Below the pieces are notes generated by a model. That model had not been told where the DNA came from. It saw nothing but the letters and a program-made list of their open reading frames with translations, and ran no database searches. From assembly GCF_037042905.1 (NCBI RefSeq), contig NC_087245.1:17300001-17364000 (forward strand): 64,000 bases of DNA. The letters are read 5' to 3'. Both the position numbers and the translations under genes were made by a program. Positions 37,540 to 49,934 of the stretch are shown one piece after another (the stretch's first letter is position 1; each line of letters opens with the position of its first letter). The stretch is from Lytechinus pictus. Lineage: Eukaryota.

Positions 37540-38148
37540 AAGGGTAAACTTAAATGAGATTGAAACATTTAGAACAACATAGCTTTTGTGAAAACAGAAA
37601 AATCAAAGTAACAGATCAATGAAATTTTGAGAAAAAATTGGACAAATAATGAGAAGGTTATGAGCATTTGAATATTGCGATCACTAATGCTATGGAGATC
37701 CTCATGTTGGCGATGCGACAAAGATGTGTGATGTCACCTGTGAACAATTCCCCCCATTACTTCAATATATATTTCACTTAAATTGCCTTTTTTTATCACA
37801 TTTCTCTGTAGATCATGTGTTCTTTCTATACATGCTATAGGAGGGCATGTAATACAGTTTTTAAAGAATACATCATGGATAAAGAGTTTGTATCACCATA
37901 AGAAAAAGCAAAAAGAGACATTTTGGGGGTATTTTATAGTCCATCAATGGGAAAGTTGTTCACATGTGACATCACACATCCTTGTCGCATTGCCAATGGG
38001 AGGATCCCCATAGCATAAGTGATTGCAATATTCAAATGCTCATAACTTTCTCATTGTTTGTCTGATATTTCTCAAACTTTCGTTGATCTGTTTATTTGAT
38101 TTTTCTGTTTCAACAAAAGCGTACTCATTCCAAAGGTTTCATTCCCCT
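37540..38148. mobile_element. Kolobok-like MITE with TTAA flanks and ~200-bp TIRs
   Basis: ttaaaaggg at the left end and cccctttaa at the right end. gttatgagcatttgaatattgc..gatgtgtgatgtcac is mirrored by gtgacatcacacatc..gcaatattcaaatgctcataac. Confidence 0.75.
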
Positions 38149-39169
38149 TTAAATAAGCAAAACATGTAAAAAAAAATCAGCAAATGCGCGTGAAAAATAA
38201 CGAAATTATCGAAATGCAAATTGTTACTGTTGAAACAGTTACATTAATGTCATTATGGATATGGCTTTTAGCATATCCATATTCCTCTCGTTTTATTTTC
38301 TTACACCACATTTTGATTAATTCATTTCTTTTATACAAATGTGAAATGGGTATGAAAAATATATATCCATGGTATCCATTGACTTACAGCAGGGACGATA
38401 TCACACATTTTAAAGCGGAAGGTAATATCATACAATCTTTACGTTCTTGAAGCATAAATTAAGAACAGTGTTAATTTCATATGACAGTATAAAAATGAAA
38501 AGTGGGGAGATGATAACTGCTCGCTAATTGTACATTCATGATACCATGGATGTGCCTGCTTTTACACCAATAAATAAAAAACTTATTTTTCAATGACATT
38601 TTGATGAAATTGTCTATTTTACTATACTTATTTTAATTCATATTTTTATTTTCATGTTGAAGTAAAACTGTATTAAAGGATTGGTATTGAATGTAATTTA
38701 GGCAGCTAATCCATCAATTTCCATCTAGCAATAAGAACTTTAAAAAAATGTGGGGATATGAAGAAAAAGGTAATTGAACACGATAGAAATCATGGGCAAA
38801 ATTTTGAAGTCGTACGTGGTGAGTACCATCTCTTTACGGATTTGGGAGCACAAAGACAAGACATAGCACTTTTACTGCATGAGGAACGTTCGCTGTGTGA
38901 GATCTTCGTGCGGGCTATGGATTCATCCCCATTACGGGTGACGCGAGTGCCCTCTGCTGCCAACGTTTATCGCACCTGCACGTACTTACAACTTCCGAGT
39001 GAGTAAGGACACCATACGTGTAGAGCACGTGTAAGTAAAACCTCCGAACGATAGGATGGCAATCACACGGAGATCATACGTTGTAAGTGCGTTGTAATCA
39101 CGTTCAACTCTCTTACCACGTGCACAAAGTAGGATGCACGCAACCGCTCTCTTCGTAGATGAGACCAGA

Positions 39170-39348
39170 GACTGGGCGTTGTGGCGTGCGCCTGTAATCC
39201 AAGCTGTGGGGAAGTTACAAATTGATGCAGAGGATCGAGGTTCGAGCCCTGGTCACGTCTTTCGGATGGTGACGTTAAAGGTCGGTCCCAGACGTAAATA
39301 ATCATATCTGATTGATACACGTCTGACAAAACTCGAATACACACACAC
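39170..39348 (+). mobile_element. Putative 7SL-RNA-derived SINE (Alu-domain head, conserved SINE body, (CA)n tail)
   Basis: GACTGGGCGTTGTGGCGTGCGCCTGTAATCCAAGCT..TGATGCAGAGGATCG..TTCGAGCCCTGG aligns by eye with the 7SL 5' end (GCCGGGCGCGGTGGCGCGTGCCTGTAGTCCCAGCT..TGAGGCTGGAGGATCGCTTGAG). B box GGTTCGAGCC at 39239. Body GTCTTTCGGATGGTGACGTTAAAGGTCGGTCC. (AC)n tail. Confidence 0.75.
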
Positions 39349-40024
39349 GCTCTCGGTCGTAGGAGTGACGTGCGTTGACGTAATCCCTCCCTATTCTCGC
39401 CATTCTCTTCTCACCTTTTTTAAAGAAAAACATGGCGGCCGTGCCCCACCCCCAAAAAACACACACACTTACGGACTAAAAACACGCAAGATGGGTTGTG
39501 ACCAAGGCTTTACAGGTATATGTAACGTATTCTGTACGAGATATGAAGTGCTGAAAAGGAGTGTTTCGTATTTCTAATTTGAATTGAAATAAAACTCTGC
39601 TAATTTACATAATCATGTATAAAGAACCCGAAATACGAATATTTCACTAATCACTCGAGAAATATAGTTTCGATCAGTTGACAGTGTGTCTCGTAAGTTA
39701 TCAACAACGACAACAAAGCCCGGCAATGTAAAGTATAATACGAATAAATATGTCCCATATGAATTTGTTTAATGTTTATCATCAGGATTTCAAAATATAT
39801 TAATCATTTGGAATTATCACACAGAATATAAAGAGAAACTTATTGATCGACAAATACGTATCATCACACACACAACGTACATTACACACAACTCATAGTC
39901 TAGAGCGTGGCACAGCAGAAACGCATTCAAGCACGCACACCCACACACACCCTCTCAGACACACTCGCGCACACACCTTCACTGCTAGTCCATCACCATT
40001 ACCAAAACATGTACCGTAACTATA

Positions 40025-40272
40025 CACTGCAAAAACTCTGGTGTTGATTTAACACCAGCCCGGAATCTATATATGTCCACACCAGAGAAGTATTGAAACA
40101 ACACCAGTTTGGAATCAAACCGATGCTGTTTTGATACTAACTGGTGTTGTATAAACACCTATCTGGTGTTAAACCAAAACGAAACCGGTGTTGTTTAATA
40201 GTTCTCTGGTGTTGACATAGGCCTATATAGATTCCGGGCTGGTGTTAAATCAACACCAGAGGTTTTGCAGTG
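40025..40272. mobile_element. Palindromic CACTG..CAGTG MITE with TA flanks (EnSpm/CACTA-like termini)
   Basis: ta|cactgcaaaaactctggtgttgatttaacaccagcccggaatctatat and atatagattccgggctggtgttaaatcaacaccagaggttttgcagtg|ta. Confidence 0.85.
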
Positions 40273-42146
40273 TAGTGATCCTCACAAACCTACTAACCTT
40301 CCAAGTATATTTCTTGAAAAACTTTTATATTTTTACTGTGAATGATTTTTCATCGGAGCTGGAAGGGTGTTGCTTGGGAATTATTTTGAAGTTAATATCT
40401 TTTCAACAAAATGATGAAATGAAGAAAAAAATATATCTTTGCCAGTTAATGAATTCAACTAAATAAGTTTGCTTGACAAAATCTGTGGAACCTCTTTCCG
40501 TCATTTCCACATACTCACCTACCCTGGATGTGTAGACTACACTTACAAACACCGAGCAAAGTTCGCATGATATTCGTAGATTCGAAAATGCGAAGATGAG
40601 AGCTGGAATCAAGACCATGCCTTACAGCAGATTGCTACTTCACTTCCTTTCTTTTTTTCACCAAGCGCCAATTTCCCTTTTTTTTTCGTGTCAAAGGGAC
40701 GTCGACGATGTTGAATATGCCAATCAAGTAGAAAAAAATTATTCGGAACTGTTCAAACTCGTGGTTCGAAACGGTTGATATTGAAAAATATTGAAATTAT
40801 GGTTGTTGGTTATATTGCAAAGCATTTACACATCAAAGTAGATATATCTATAAACTTTGGGCGTACATGAATAAAAGTATTAGTTTGTAAGTTTCTGATA
40901 TTTTAATAAAACTCCATTGATAGTTATGAACAATTTGTTTATTTTTCTGGGTGATTCAACTTCTTGGCCCCTTAACAATCAGCACGATATACGCCTTTCA
41001 AACTTAAATTAATTTCATTTCCTTAAAATAAACGGCAAATGAAAATGGTTACACCCGTACAAAAGCAGCTATAGCTATATAAATTGGTCAAACATAAGGG
41101 ATTTACTTTTGTGACCTATCGACACATCTTACATTGTTCCAGATTCAAAACATATTCATACCTACTTTTATGAATATTTCTTTTATGTAAATCGAATTGA
41201 TTTTGAGCCTCGTCCATTGGATACTGTTCATGCTAAATTCTGTTTTTAGTGCAAATTTGTTCATTTGTCAATACATGAATATCACAAAATACAATAGGAA
41301 ATCAATCTTGCGTAGCTCCATCCCAATAAAGGCTGTAAATGTCCCCCAAATCACACTCCTGAGTGAAATATTGATAAACAAATGACTATCAAACAAAAAC
41401 AAATGAGCATAAGAGGAAATACCAACATCTCAGTGTTTTGGACGCATGATCACAATTTATATTGCTCGTTAGTCATCGTAAACCTGCTTTATAGGGTTGG
41501 TGTTTGAAATATATTCCTTTGGTTAGATCCAGAAATATTTCCATTGTCTTCAAGTGGCTGTTAGATGCCGATGAATGAATTGCAAACTCCCCTCATGCTG
41601 CGTGATACTCTTGGAATTCACGGAGTAGTCATATGCGAAGAACATCACTGAATCAATGGTATCCTTGGATATTAACATCATCTTCTGATTTCGCCTCACT
41701 CTATCTAATATCCCGATGCTTGAATAGGTATCTTCCAAAGTATGCCAAGACAGCACAATCAAAATGGTGTTCCAAAGCAATTCTCCTCGGATGAAATGCA
41801 ACTTTCTACATTCTGAACGAATGGAAGTAGCTAAAGCAAAGAGAAGCTCCTCGGTTGAAGCTAGCTTTTGGTCTGTGGGGCCTGGGAGCGCTGTGCGTGT
41901 ATTTTAGTTAATCACTCGAGCATGTATGTACACTTCCTCACTCGGACTAATTCCTCTCTCCTTTAACATGCTTACTCCATCTCTCTTACTGTTATCTGAC
42001 ACAGTACCCCCACAGTGCATCTACCTCCCTACATCCCCGCTCTTTACCCCTCTCTCCCTCCCTCACTCTCTTTTAGTTTGTCATTAGACCCCCATGTTAC
42101 ATGTAATGCTTGCGACGTTTCAAAGAGGACCGGGGTACCTGGTTAT

Positions 42147-42160
42147 GTCGCCATGACAAC
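42147..42160. promoter_or_regulatory. RFX X-box motif GTCGCCATGACAAC
   Basis: Matches the GTYNCC-AT-RRYAAC consensus, in non-repetitive GC-richer sequence. Confidence 0.35.
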
Positions 42161-43517
42161 ACATTTGCGTCAATGGTGGAGGTTGCGAAGGGGCTGATAT
42201 CCAGGATCCCGTTAACCATAAAAAAACTATCAGCTCCCGAGCAACTTTTATATCATTCAAAGTATCTATTTCAGCTGAAATCACATGCTAGGCGATTGTT
42301 GAACATACCTTTAGACCTCAGATTTATATGAAATATTAATCTCAAATATGTATGTGTACAGTTAAGGGGTTAGTTGCAATACATAGGTGAGTGGGATCTT
42401 GTCGTGGAGAAAGATGGATTATTGTTACTCCGATGACTTTCCATCAAAATCATGTACATTGTCTTTGTTGCTAAAATTTATTTATTCAATGAGCTTTATA
42501 TTCATCATTAATTCACATATATACATTTTTACATTTATATACTCAATGGTTTCAAATGGATCCTTGAAAATCGATCACAAATGTATACGGGTTAAAAAGA
42601 TACAGATAAAAATGCTACAATAAATATACTTAAGTATTAAAAAAAACCATTAAAGAAAAATCGCAAAATATCTCAACGCACAAAATGACTGAAAATCGGG
42701 GTACAATTAGAATACAGGTTATTGGTGGGATGTAACCCAATTTCATATAAAATAGTTTTATTGGTTCTAAAGACGTATCAAATAATAAGACCATGGGCCT
42801 ATGATTACAATTTGTTTATGTACAGTAAGATATAAAGAAGGCAGAGACGACAAACATAGAGCAGGGACTTTCCTATTTACCTGCATCTTTCTTAACATTT
42901 TTATGAAGTTTTCTGACACTTCTATTTTGCAAGTAACGTTGATTATTGAATATGTAAAGCATATAAGACCTATAGTAAAGGCTATAGTTCTCGAGTCTAT
43001 TAATGTTCTAAAATACAATTTTCCATCGTATATTGCAAGAGATGGTCCCAAACAAACATAAATAACAACAAAAGCAACAACACCAAGAACAGCAACCACA
43101 ATAAAGTTATATTTTAAGTAAAGCCATAGAAAATATTATATTACTTGGAAATAATATTTGCTGACGTATGCTGATAAGTTATCGTCACTTGGACGTGTAG
43201 AACCATTTTCCAAATGTCAGGTTATAATCAATGATAATACAAAAGGTATAATACAGACTAATAATCCTTCGACAATACGTCAAAGGAAATCATCTGGACA
43301 GGAGGACGTATCGGAAAGATAATAATATCATGATTCTCCTTATTTCTTGGTCCTTGTATTTGTATTGTATTTGGGGAATGCAAATTACGATGTATGATGA
43401 ACATTTGGACCATGATTTCCAACTTAAATGAAGATGGGCAAATATATAACTCAGAAACATTATTAAGTGTTCCTCTCTACTCTCCTTCCATTGATTTATA
43501 TTTCAAGAAACACACTA

Positions 43518-44509
43518 CAGTGCGTATAAAAAAAACGGGACAGTTTTGAAGTCTATAAAAAATTGTTTCAAATTATGATATCTATATTTTTATGTTAATA
43601 AATGCTCTGAAATCTTATCTTTGAAATGCCATTTAAATTAATAATTTTTTTTCATGCTTGAGCGAACATGGGACGTTTTTGTCGGGGGTTCAAAAAGAGG
43701 CTTGCGCCAGAATGGCAGAAATAAGAAATTTGATGATCAGACTTCTTAGTAATCAGCAGACTTCCTTTTAACCTTTTCATTATCTTTGCCATGATTTTTG
43801 AATTATGCTGTCAAATTTCATTTACAAATTTATTTACTTGAATTATTTTGTTTTTTCATTGAAACTTCTTTAACCTTTGAATTTTCCTTCATAAAGAAAA
43901 GAAGACTTTTTGTTAACCCAATCAAGAAGATTTGCATTATCAATTGGGAGAACTTGTAATTATTCAAATCGTAATTTATTATGTGAAACAAATTATGTTA
44001 TGGTACCTTTAATAAATATTAATCCTATTTGCAAGGGGTTATTGATTCCTTGACCAAGTTTAATTTGAAAAAAAAATACATGCTCTCCCATACTTCGGTT
44101 GAAAAAAACTTTGTTTTTGCTTAAAGAAGGAATCTTGAAAGCTAAAAGAGCATATTAAAAAGAAACAACAACAGAACAATTCAAGCAAACAGATTTGAAA
44201 ATGAATTTTGACCGTATAATTCGAAAATTATGGCAAAGATAATGAAAAGGTTAAGAGGAAGTCTGCTGATTAGCAAGAAGTCCGATCATCATATTTATAA
44301 GTTTATGCCATTTTGGCGCAAGCATCCTTTTTAACCCCAGACAAAAACATTCCGTGTTCACTCAAGCATGAACGAAACTAAATTTTTTTAATGGCATTTG
44401 AAAGATAAGACTTCAGAGCACCTATTAACACCCAAATATAGACATCATAATTTGAAACAAAAAATGTATAGACTTGTCAAATCTGTCCCGTTTTTTTTTA
44501 TACGCACTG
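43518..44509. mobile_element. Tc1/mariner-type MITE, ~990 bp, long TIRs, TA TSD
   Basis: ta|cagtgcgtataaaaaaaacgggacag ... ctgtcccgttttttttatacgcactg|ta. TIR similarity extends ~300 bp. Confidence 0.9.
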
Positions 44510-44593
44510 TATATACATACGTTTAGTATGACTTTGTTGAACATCTGTAATTGCACATGACAGGATATAGATAAGGATAGATATGGATAAAGG

Positions 44594-44947
44594 CCCGGGG
44601 GGGGGGGCAGTAAAATATATTGCTGTACACACGCGTGACCAAAAGGTTTTGAAAGACTGGCCAATGGTCAATCGCGGGGTCAAACGTATTTAGGGTATGT
44701 TTTTTTTCCCAAAGCTTTTTTTAAGACTAGGCAAACGTGTTTAGGGTATATTTCCCAAAGCTTTTCCCCCGAGGTCATATTTTGGCAACAACTTGTTTAG
44801 GGGCCAAAATGTGTAAATAAAGCCCGCGAAAAACTTATTTAGGGGGTTATTTTGCACACAGAGAAAAACTTGTTTAGGGGGTGTTTGGAAATTCCGTGGT
44901 CACGCGTGTGTACAGCAATATATTTGACTCCCCCCCCCCCCCCCGGG
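44594..44947. mobile_element. CCCGGG-terminated MITE (second subfamily) with 7-bp TSD ATAAAGG
   Basis: ataaagg|cccggg(g)n-cagtaaaatatattgctgtacacacgcgtgacca ... tggtcacgcgtgtgtacagcaatatatttgact(c)n-ggg|ataaagg. Confidence 0.88.
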
Positions 44948-45111
44948 ATAAAGGTAGATATTTTCCGCACACCCGAAGAGTTTATTTATCTTACTCTCCA
45001 TTCATTTGATTGAGTCTTACCTTAGAGTTGTTCATAGATTTGAGACAAAATAGGTAGTGTATGGCTTCATCTCATTTCAACATAACATCGTATTTACAGA
45101 GAGTGTATAGC

Positions 45112-45365
45112 AATGATGAGGATGATTTTGATTATGATGATAATGATGATGATGACGATAATAATAATGGTGATAATACTAACGATGATGATGATCATGA
45201 TGATAATGATCATGATGATGATGATCATGATGATGATGATCATGATGATGATGATCATGATGACGATGTTGATGATGGGTAATGGTGATGATGGCATTTA
45301 GTGATGATGATGGTAGTGATGATGATGGTGGTGGTGGTGGTGGTGATCGTCATCATCATCATCCT
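45112..45365 (+). repeat. (GAT)n/(GGT)n microsatellite
   Basis: Direct inspection; it explains the poly-D, poly-M and poly-I ORFs. Confidence 0.95.
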
Positions 45366-45629
45366 ATGGCCTTTGTCTACAAGATCAATGAGGATGCCAT
45401 ATGTCAGAAGGGATCAAAAGAAAGACTGTATATGATATTTATGTACGTGTATAAAGTCTGCACTTTTGAAGTTAGGCGAAATCCAAATGAATCCTAAAAT
45501 GGGTAATGGTTTCATCAGAACATCATTCAACACACCCCTCAATATAATAATAATAATATAATTTCATTCATCGCGTTCCATTAAGAAGAATAAATTTACG
45601 GAATTTATCCCTGCTAGAAATATTACATG

Positions 45630-46130
45630 TTATATCCTACATAGATTGAATCCTGTGTAGTGATTGGTTCAAATAACATCATGTGACCGAATATATTTCA
45701 ACTATGATGTTGCGTGACGTCAGACCTCGATATATATTTTTCGCTATACCAATATTCTGACGTCACTATTTCAGAAAACTGGATATTTAGCTAAACTCTC
45801 GGGCGCACCGGCCAGCGAGCTCTCTCTCCCGGGCAAGTCCCGCGATGCGTCGGCGCAGGCACTCAACTGCGTTCCGCTGAGCGCGGTGGCTCGGAGAAAA
45901 GTAGGTAATTCAAGGCAAGGAACCGGACTTTGCAAGCTCAGCGCATAGATTTTGGTTATAAATTATTAAAAGTAGGATATAAAACAAATATATCAGGCGT
46001 TTCATTCGAAAGCATAGTGGGAATTATTCATCCTCGGTTGGACTGGCAAAACTACCATATTTCCCTCGGGGAACCTCGGATAAATAATTCAACTATACTT
46101 TCTCAAAGCCTGATATATTTGTTTATTATA
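45630..46130 (+). mobile_element. Non-autonomous Crypton-like element (short 5' IR, matching subterminal IR, long 3' hairpin)
   Basis: ttatatcctac (45630) / gtaggatataa (45972), then palindrome aaacaaatatatcaggc..gcctgatatatttgttt. Empty site at 52750-52775 (atattacatggtatatgggg). Confidence 0.7.
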
Positions 46131-46703
46131 TGGGCGAGCTGCTCGTACATGACGTCGCAAATTAAAAGTTAAATTTTTTTTCTTCTTCTTTTGGAACAAA
46201 CTTATCATCGGTTGTAAACTTCCCCTTTAACGAGCTGGTTCCTAAAATACAAACAAAAAATGTATCTCCTTAGTTTTACCTAAATCGACGATAATCCTAG
46301 TTTTGAATGTTCTGTCATTGACTTTCATATCATTTAACAGGAAATCGCGATGATAGAGGTGGTTTTAAAAAAGTAACTTGGAATGTTAAATTATGGGTGT
46401 TTCGATTGACCAATTTGTAGCCAGTCAGCGCAAAATAGACATAGAATTGCTGAACATGAATTTAGAAAAACGATAACTAAGGTTCAATTATTTGGTTACA
46501 AAAACATAGAAACAAATTTGAATATAGACTGACAACACAGAGGTAAAGCATCATAATTATGACAATAATTAGGGCCTTATTAGATTCATTAGATGAAGCC
46601 ATATCTTTTGTAAACAATCTCTAAGTTGAATGACTATATCTATTACGTTCATTTCTGACGCACATTATATCATTGTTTACAAGGTAAGAAGCCATATTCA
46701 TAT

Positions 46704-46912
46704 TGGTGGTGGTGATTTTTTACCTGATTGCTAAGAAAGCATGAATGCTTGTAAGCAAGCAACCAGAGGACCGACGGCTTAAGGTCCTCTCCGAAGGACC
46801 TGGTACTGAGGATTAATGCCTTACCAAAGGGCACTAGCGCACCAAGTGAGAATCGAACCCGGGTCACCGGAATACGAGTCCCCCGCTCTACCGACTGAGC
46901 TATCGCGCCTCC
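46704..46912 (-). mobile_element. tRNA-derived SINE
   Basis: Minus strand GGAGGCGCGATAGCTCAGTCGGTAGAGCG..GGTTCGATTCTC (A and B boxes), body GTCCTTCGGAGAGGACCTTAAGCCGTCGGTCC, (CAC)n tail. Empty site at ~53368-53395. Confidence 0.88.
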
Positions 46913-47559
46913 TCATCATCAAGGAAATAAGTGAGGGAACTCTCCTTTAATATCCCCGTAGACAATGGATTCTCTTAATCAAAATATTGAAGGTATTCTA
47001 ACCTTTTACACAGATACATCCACAACATATGCTGGAAACAAGGCTCTTTCAATCGAAAAGTACAAAGATGTTGTGACGAGGGCTGCTCCCGATTATTTCT
47101 CATATCGATACATGTATCTCCATGAAGCCATATATATTTTCATCAGTTACGAAAGTTATCTTGTAAACAATACGGAAGGTGTGATGATTGTTGTTGGTAT
47201 TCCTCATGTTGTGTATATGTAACGAAACCATACTTAAATAATGCAGATATGTAACATGTACACATCATACAAGTCAGGCCATAACCCATAAAATTATATC
47301 AGACCCCGTAGCGTTTTGATTCCCTATAAAAAAAATCATGCATCTAGTTACGCAGCGAAAGATGAAATCAGTCACCCATTTGAGTGATAGAAGTGTTATT
47401 TCGTAATTCCGATATACCACGAGCTGACGAGCGAGACAGATTTAAGTAAATTTCATCGCATTGCTCTAATAAACATTTGCTTTCCTAACCTTTCTGTATC
47501 TACTGCGATAGCTGAATAACAGTGAGCATAGCGAATTATGAATTAATGCTGAAGGATAC

Positions 47560-47712
47560 ACTCTTAAAAAGGTTAGACAAAAAAGGCCTAATATTTAACC
47601 ATCACTGGGCAACATACTATCCACACAACTATTTGTTAAAATCTGTCCGAATCGGGTAATAAAAACTGATAATTGGGTAATAAATTTGCTCAATCGGATA
47701 GTAATTGCCCAG

Positions 47713-47755
<43 letters not shown>

Positions 47756-47810
47756 CCAATATACATTACCCAACACAGTGGACAGTATGTTGCCCAACAT
47801 TTTAGTGTGT
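47560..47810. mobile_element. CACT-type MITE containing a (TA)n tract, absent from the paralogous block at ~53780
   Basis: cactcttaaaaa..ctgggcaacatact is mirrored by agtatgttgcccaacattttagtgtg. Confidence 0.55.
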
Positions 47811-48012
47811 ATATTGTAAACAAAAAAAAAGTTGTGATTATAAGGAAGTGACAACAGGTGTACTCCCCTCGTTTTGTTAACAAAGCCATGAAACAGTAAA
47901 GTTACTTCAAAATGCTTCTTCTTTTAAACAAAAAGAGCTATTGGACAATTTTTGAAAGACTATTTTCCCTTTATCTATTCAAATCGACAACGGAATCAAC
48001 ACCAACAAATAA

Positions 48013-48733
48013 TATTATTACCTATACGAAGTGTTTCTCTGTGACAATCATTATCCATATTTTGCTTTCTCTGATTTCGCAGCGGTCAATATCGTGCCGT
48101 ATTTTCTCTCTTCCGGGTTTTCCCATTGACTTTGTGTGTAAATTTAACAGCGGGCAATATTCGCGAAATCCGGTTGGAACCAGTTTGTGAAGAGACCGCA
48201 GTTGTAGCGCAGCGCGGCTCTATACAGCGCAGCGCATAGTGCGATGCATGCCATGCACATAGATTAATAACTATGTGTATGCGCAGTGTGTACCGGTATG
48301 TGACGTGAGAAAATGGCTACTTCTAAGAGATTCGCTAGTTATGGTGCTGACGATTTTGAAAATATAGTGACAAACAAAGATGCTGAAAATACAAAAAAGT
48401 CTACGAAACAGGTCGTTGCTGTAATCCGTGAATATCTGCTTGAAAAATCTCTTCTGGGCGATTTCGAGACACTGGATAAAGAGACCCTTGGAAAGATTTT
48501 GGGGAAATATTATGTGTTAGATTTGGGGGAAATTTATTAACACAGATTTTGGGGAATTTTTTTTTATCAATTTACTATATAGGTAATAATACTAATATTA
48601 ACTGGCATAGAATGAGACACAAACCTATATTTCCCTCTCTGAATCCAATATTGCCCGCGCCTTCGGCTTGGGCAATATTGGATTCACGTCGGGCAATATA
48701 GGTTTGTATCTCATTCTATGCCAGTCAATATTA
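48013..48733 (+). mobile_element. Internally deleted Crypton (tyrosine-recombinase DNA transposon)
   Basis: IR tattattacctata (48013) / tataggtaataata (48578). ~140-bp terminal hairpin at 48593-48733. Carries a recombinase N-terminal remnant. Empty site at ~53990-54015. Confidence 0.75.
48313..48540 (+). pseudogene. Truncated N-terminus of a Crypton/DUF3504-type tyrosine recombinase (KCTD1/ZMYM/QRICH1-related)
   Basis: MATSKRFAS..NKDAENTKKSTKQVVAVIREYL..DFETLDKETLGKILGKYY matches the recalled RF...NT.K.T...V..F..Y....E.L...L..FY pattern. The catalytic part is missing. Confidence 0.65.
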
Positions 48734-49186
48734 TATAATTATTCAATGAAATTATTAGAGTATATTACAATATTATACATGTGCTATACATACAAAATTT
48801 TCAGGTTGTCTTTAACTTTGGAAATGATGGTATAATAGTAATGAGGTATATCGTATGGCCTTTAAACTGTCAAATCATATGTGATCGTGTTGATATACAT
48901 AATAGACCATTGAGCAAAATACTACTGTTGGATAAAGGGGTATGACAATTCATAGAAATAACGTTTTAAAGGGAGGCATATTCCATAAAAACTCTTGTTG
49001 GTGCAATTATCTAAATCAACTTATTATTGGGTGGACTCGGTCTTAAATGATGACAATAAAAGGGGTGATGCAGGTGGTGGTGATAGTGATGGTGATGAGG
49101 ATGAAACATGATGAAAAATTTCTCATTTTGTAACATTAATGTAGAATTTGAGCTTTTTGTTTTCAGTTCAACTTAGAAAAATTGTA

Positions 49187-49934
49187 ATATCCTACATAGA
49201 TTAAATCCTTTATAGTGATTGGTTTTCATAGCATCATGTGACCAAATATATTTTAAACATGATGTTGCGTGACGTCAGACCTATATATATTTTTCGCTAT
49301 ACCAATATTCTGACGTCATTATTTCAGAAAACTGGATATTCAGCTAAACTCTCGGGCGCCCCGGTCTTCGAGCTTTCTCTCCCGGGCAAATCCCGCGATG
49401 CGTCGGCGCAGGCACTTGTCCGCGTTCTGCTTGCGGAAAAGTCCGAAAAAGTGAACGCAAGTAACCGGACTCTGCAAGCTCAGCGTATAGATTTTGGCTC
49501 TAAATTATTAAAAGTGGGATATAAAACAAATATATCAGGCGTTTCGTTCGAAAGCAAAGTGGGAATTATTAATCCTCGGTTGGTCTGGCAACATAACTTT
49601 TTTCCTGGGGGCTTCGCCCCTTGGGAAAATAGTAATACCAGACCAACCTCGCTTAAGAATTCTACTATACTTTCTCAAAGCCTGATATATTTGTTTACTA
49701 TTCCGTGACGTCAATGATGGAATAGTGCACTATTCCATTACTGACGTCACAGATTATGTCGGCGAGAGCACTAATACGCGTTCCGCGCGCTGAGCGCGTG
49801 GCTTCAGGAAAAAGAGGTCAGTCAGCGCAGCTGCAATGTTATTTTGATTCAGATTAAAAAAAGGATGACCTACTAGTACAAGACCTAGGTTATCAAGATC
49901 TATTGATCTAACTTATTCAAGTAGGATATAAAAC
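49187..49934 (+). mobile_element. Crypton-like non-autonomous element (49187-49700) followed by a fragment of a sister subfamily (49700-49934)
   Basis: Homologous to 45630-46130 with the full hairpin. The second part matches 51418-51570 and ends gtaggatataaaac. Confidence 0.7.

Noticed and set aside
39170..39348. Bona fide 7SL/SRP RNA gene
   Set aside because: Similarity stops after ~85 nt. There is no S domain and no 3' Alu strand, and a SINE-type body and tail follow.
45061..45497. Asp-rich, Met-rich and Ile-rich ORFs
   Set aside because: Translations of a (GAT)n microsatellite.
49238..49708. 156-aa ORF and related ORFs at 45930, 50808 and 51539
   Set aside because: They lie inside non-autonomous repeat copies, run through the terminal hairpin, and the frame is not conserved between copies.
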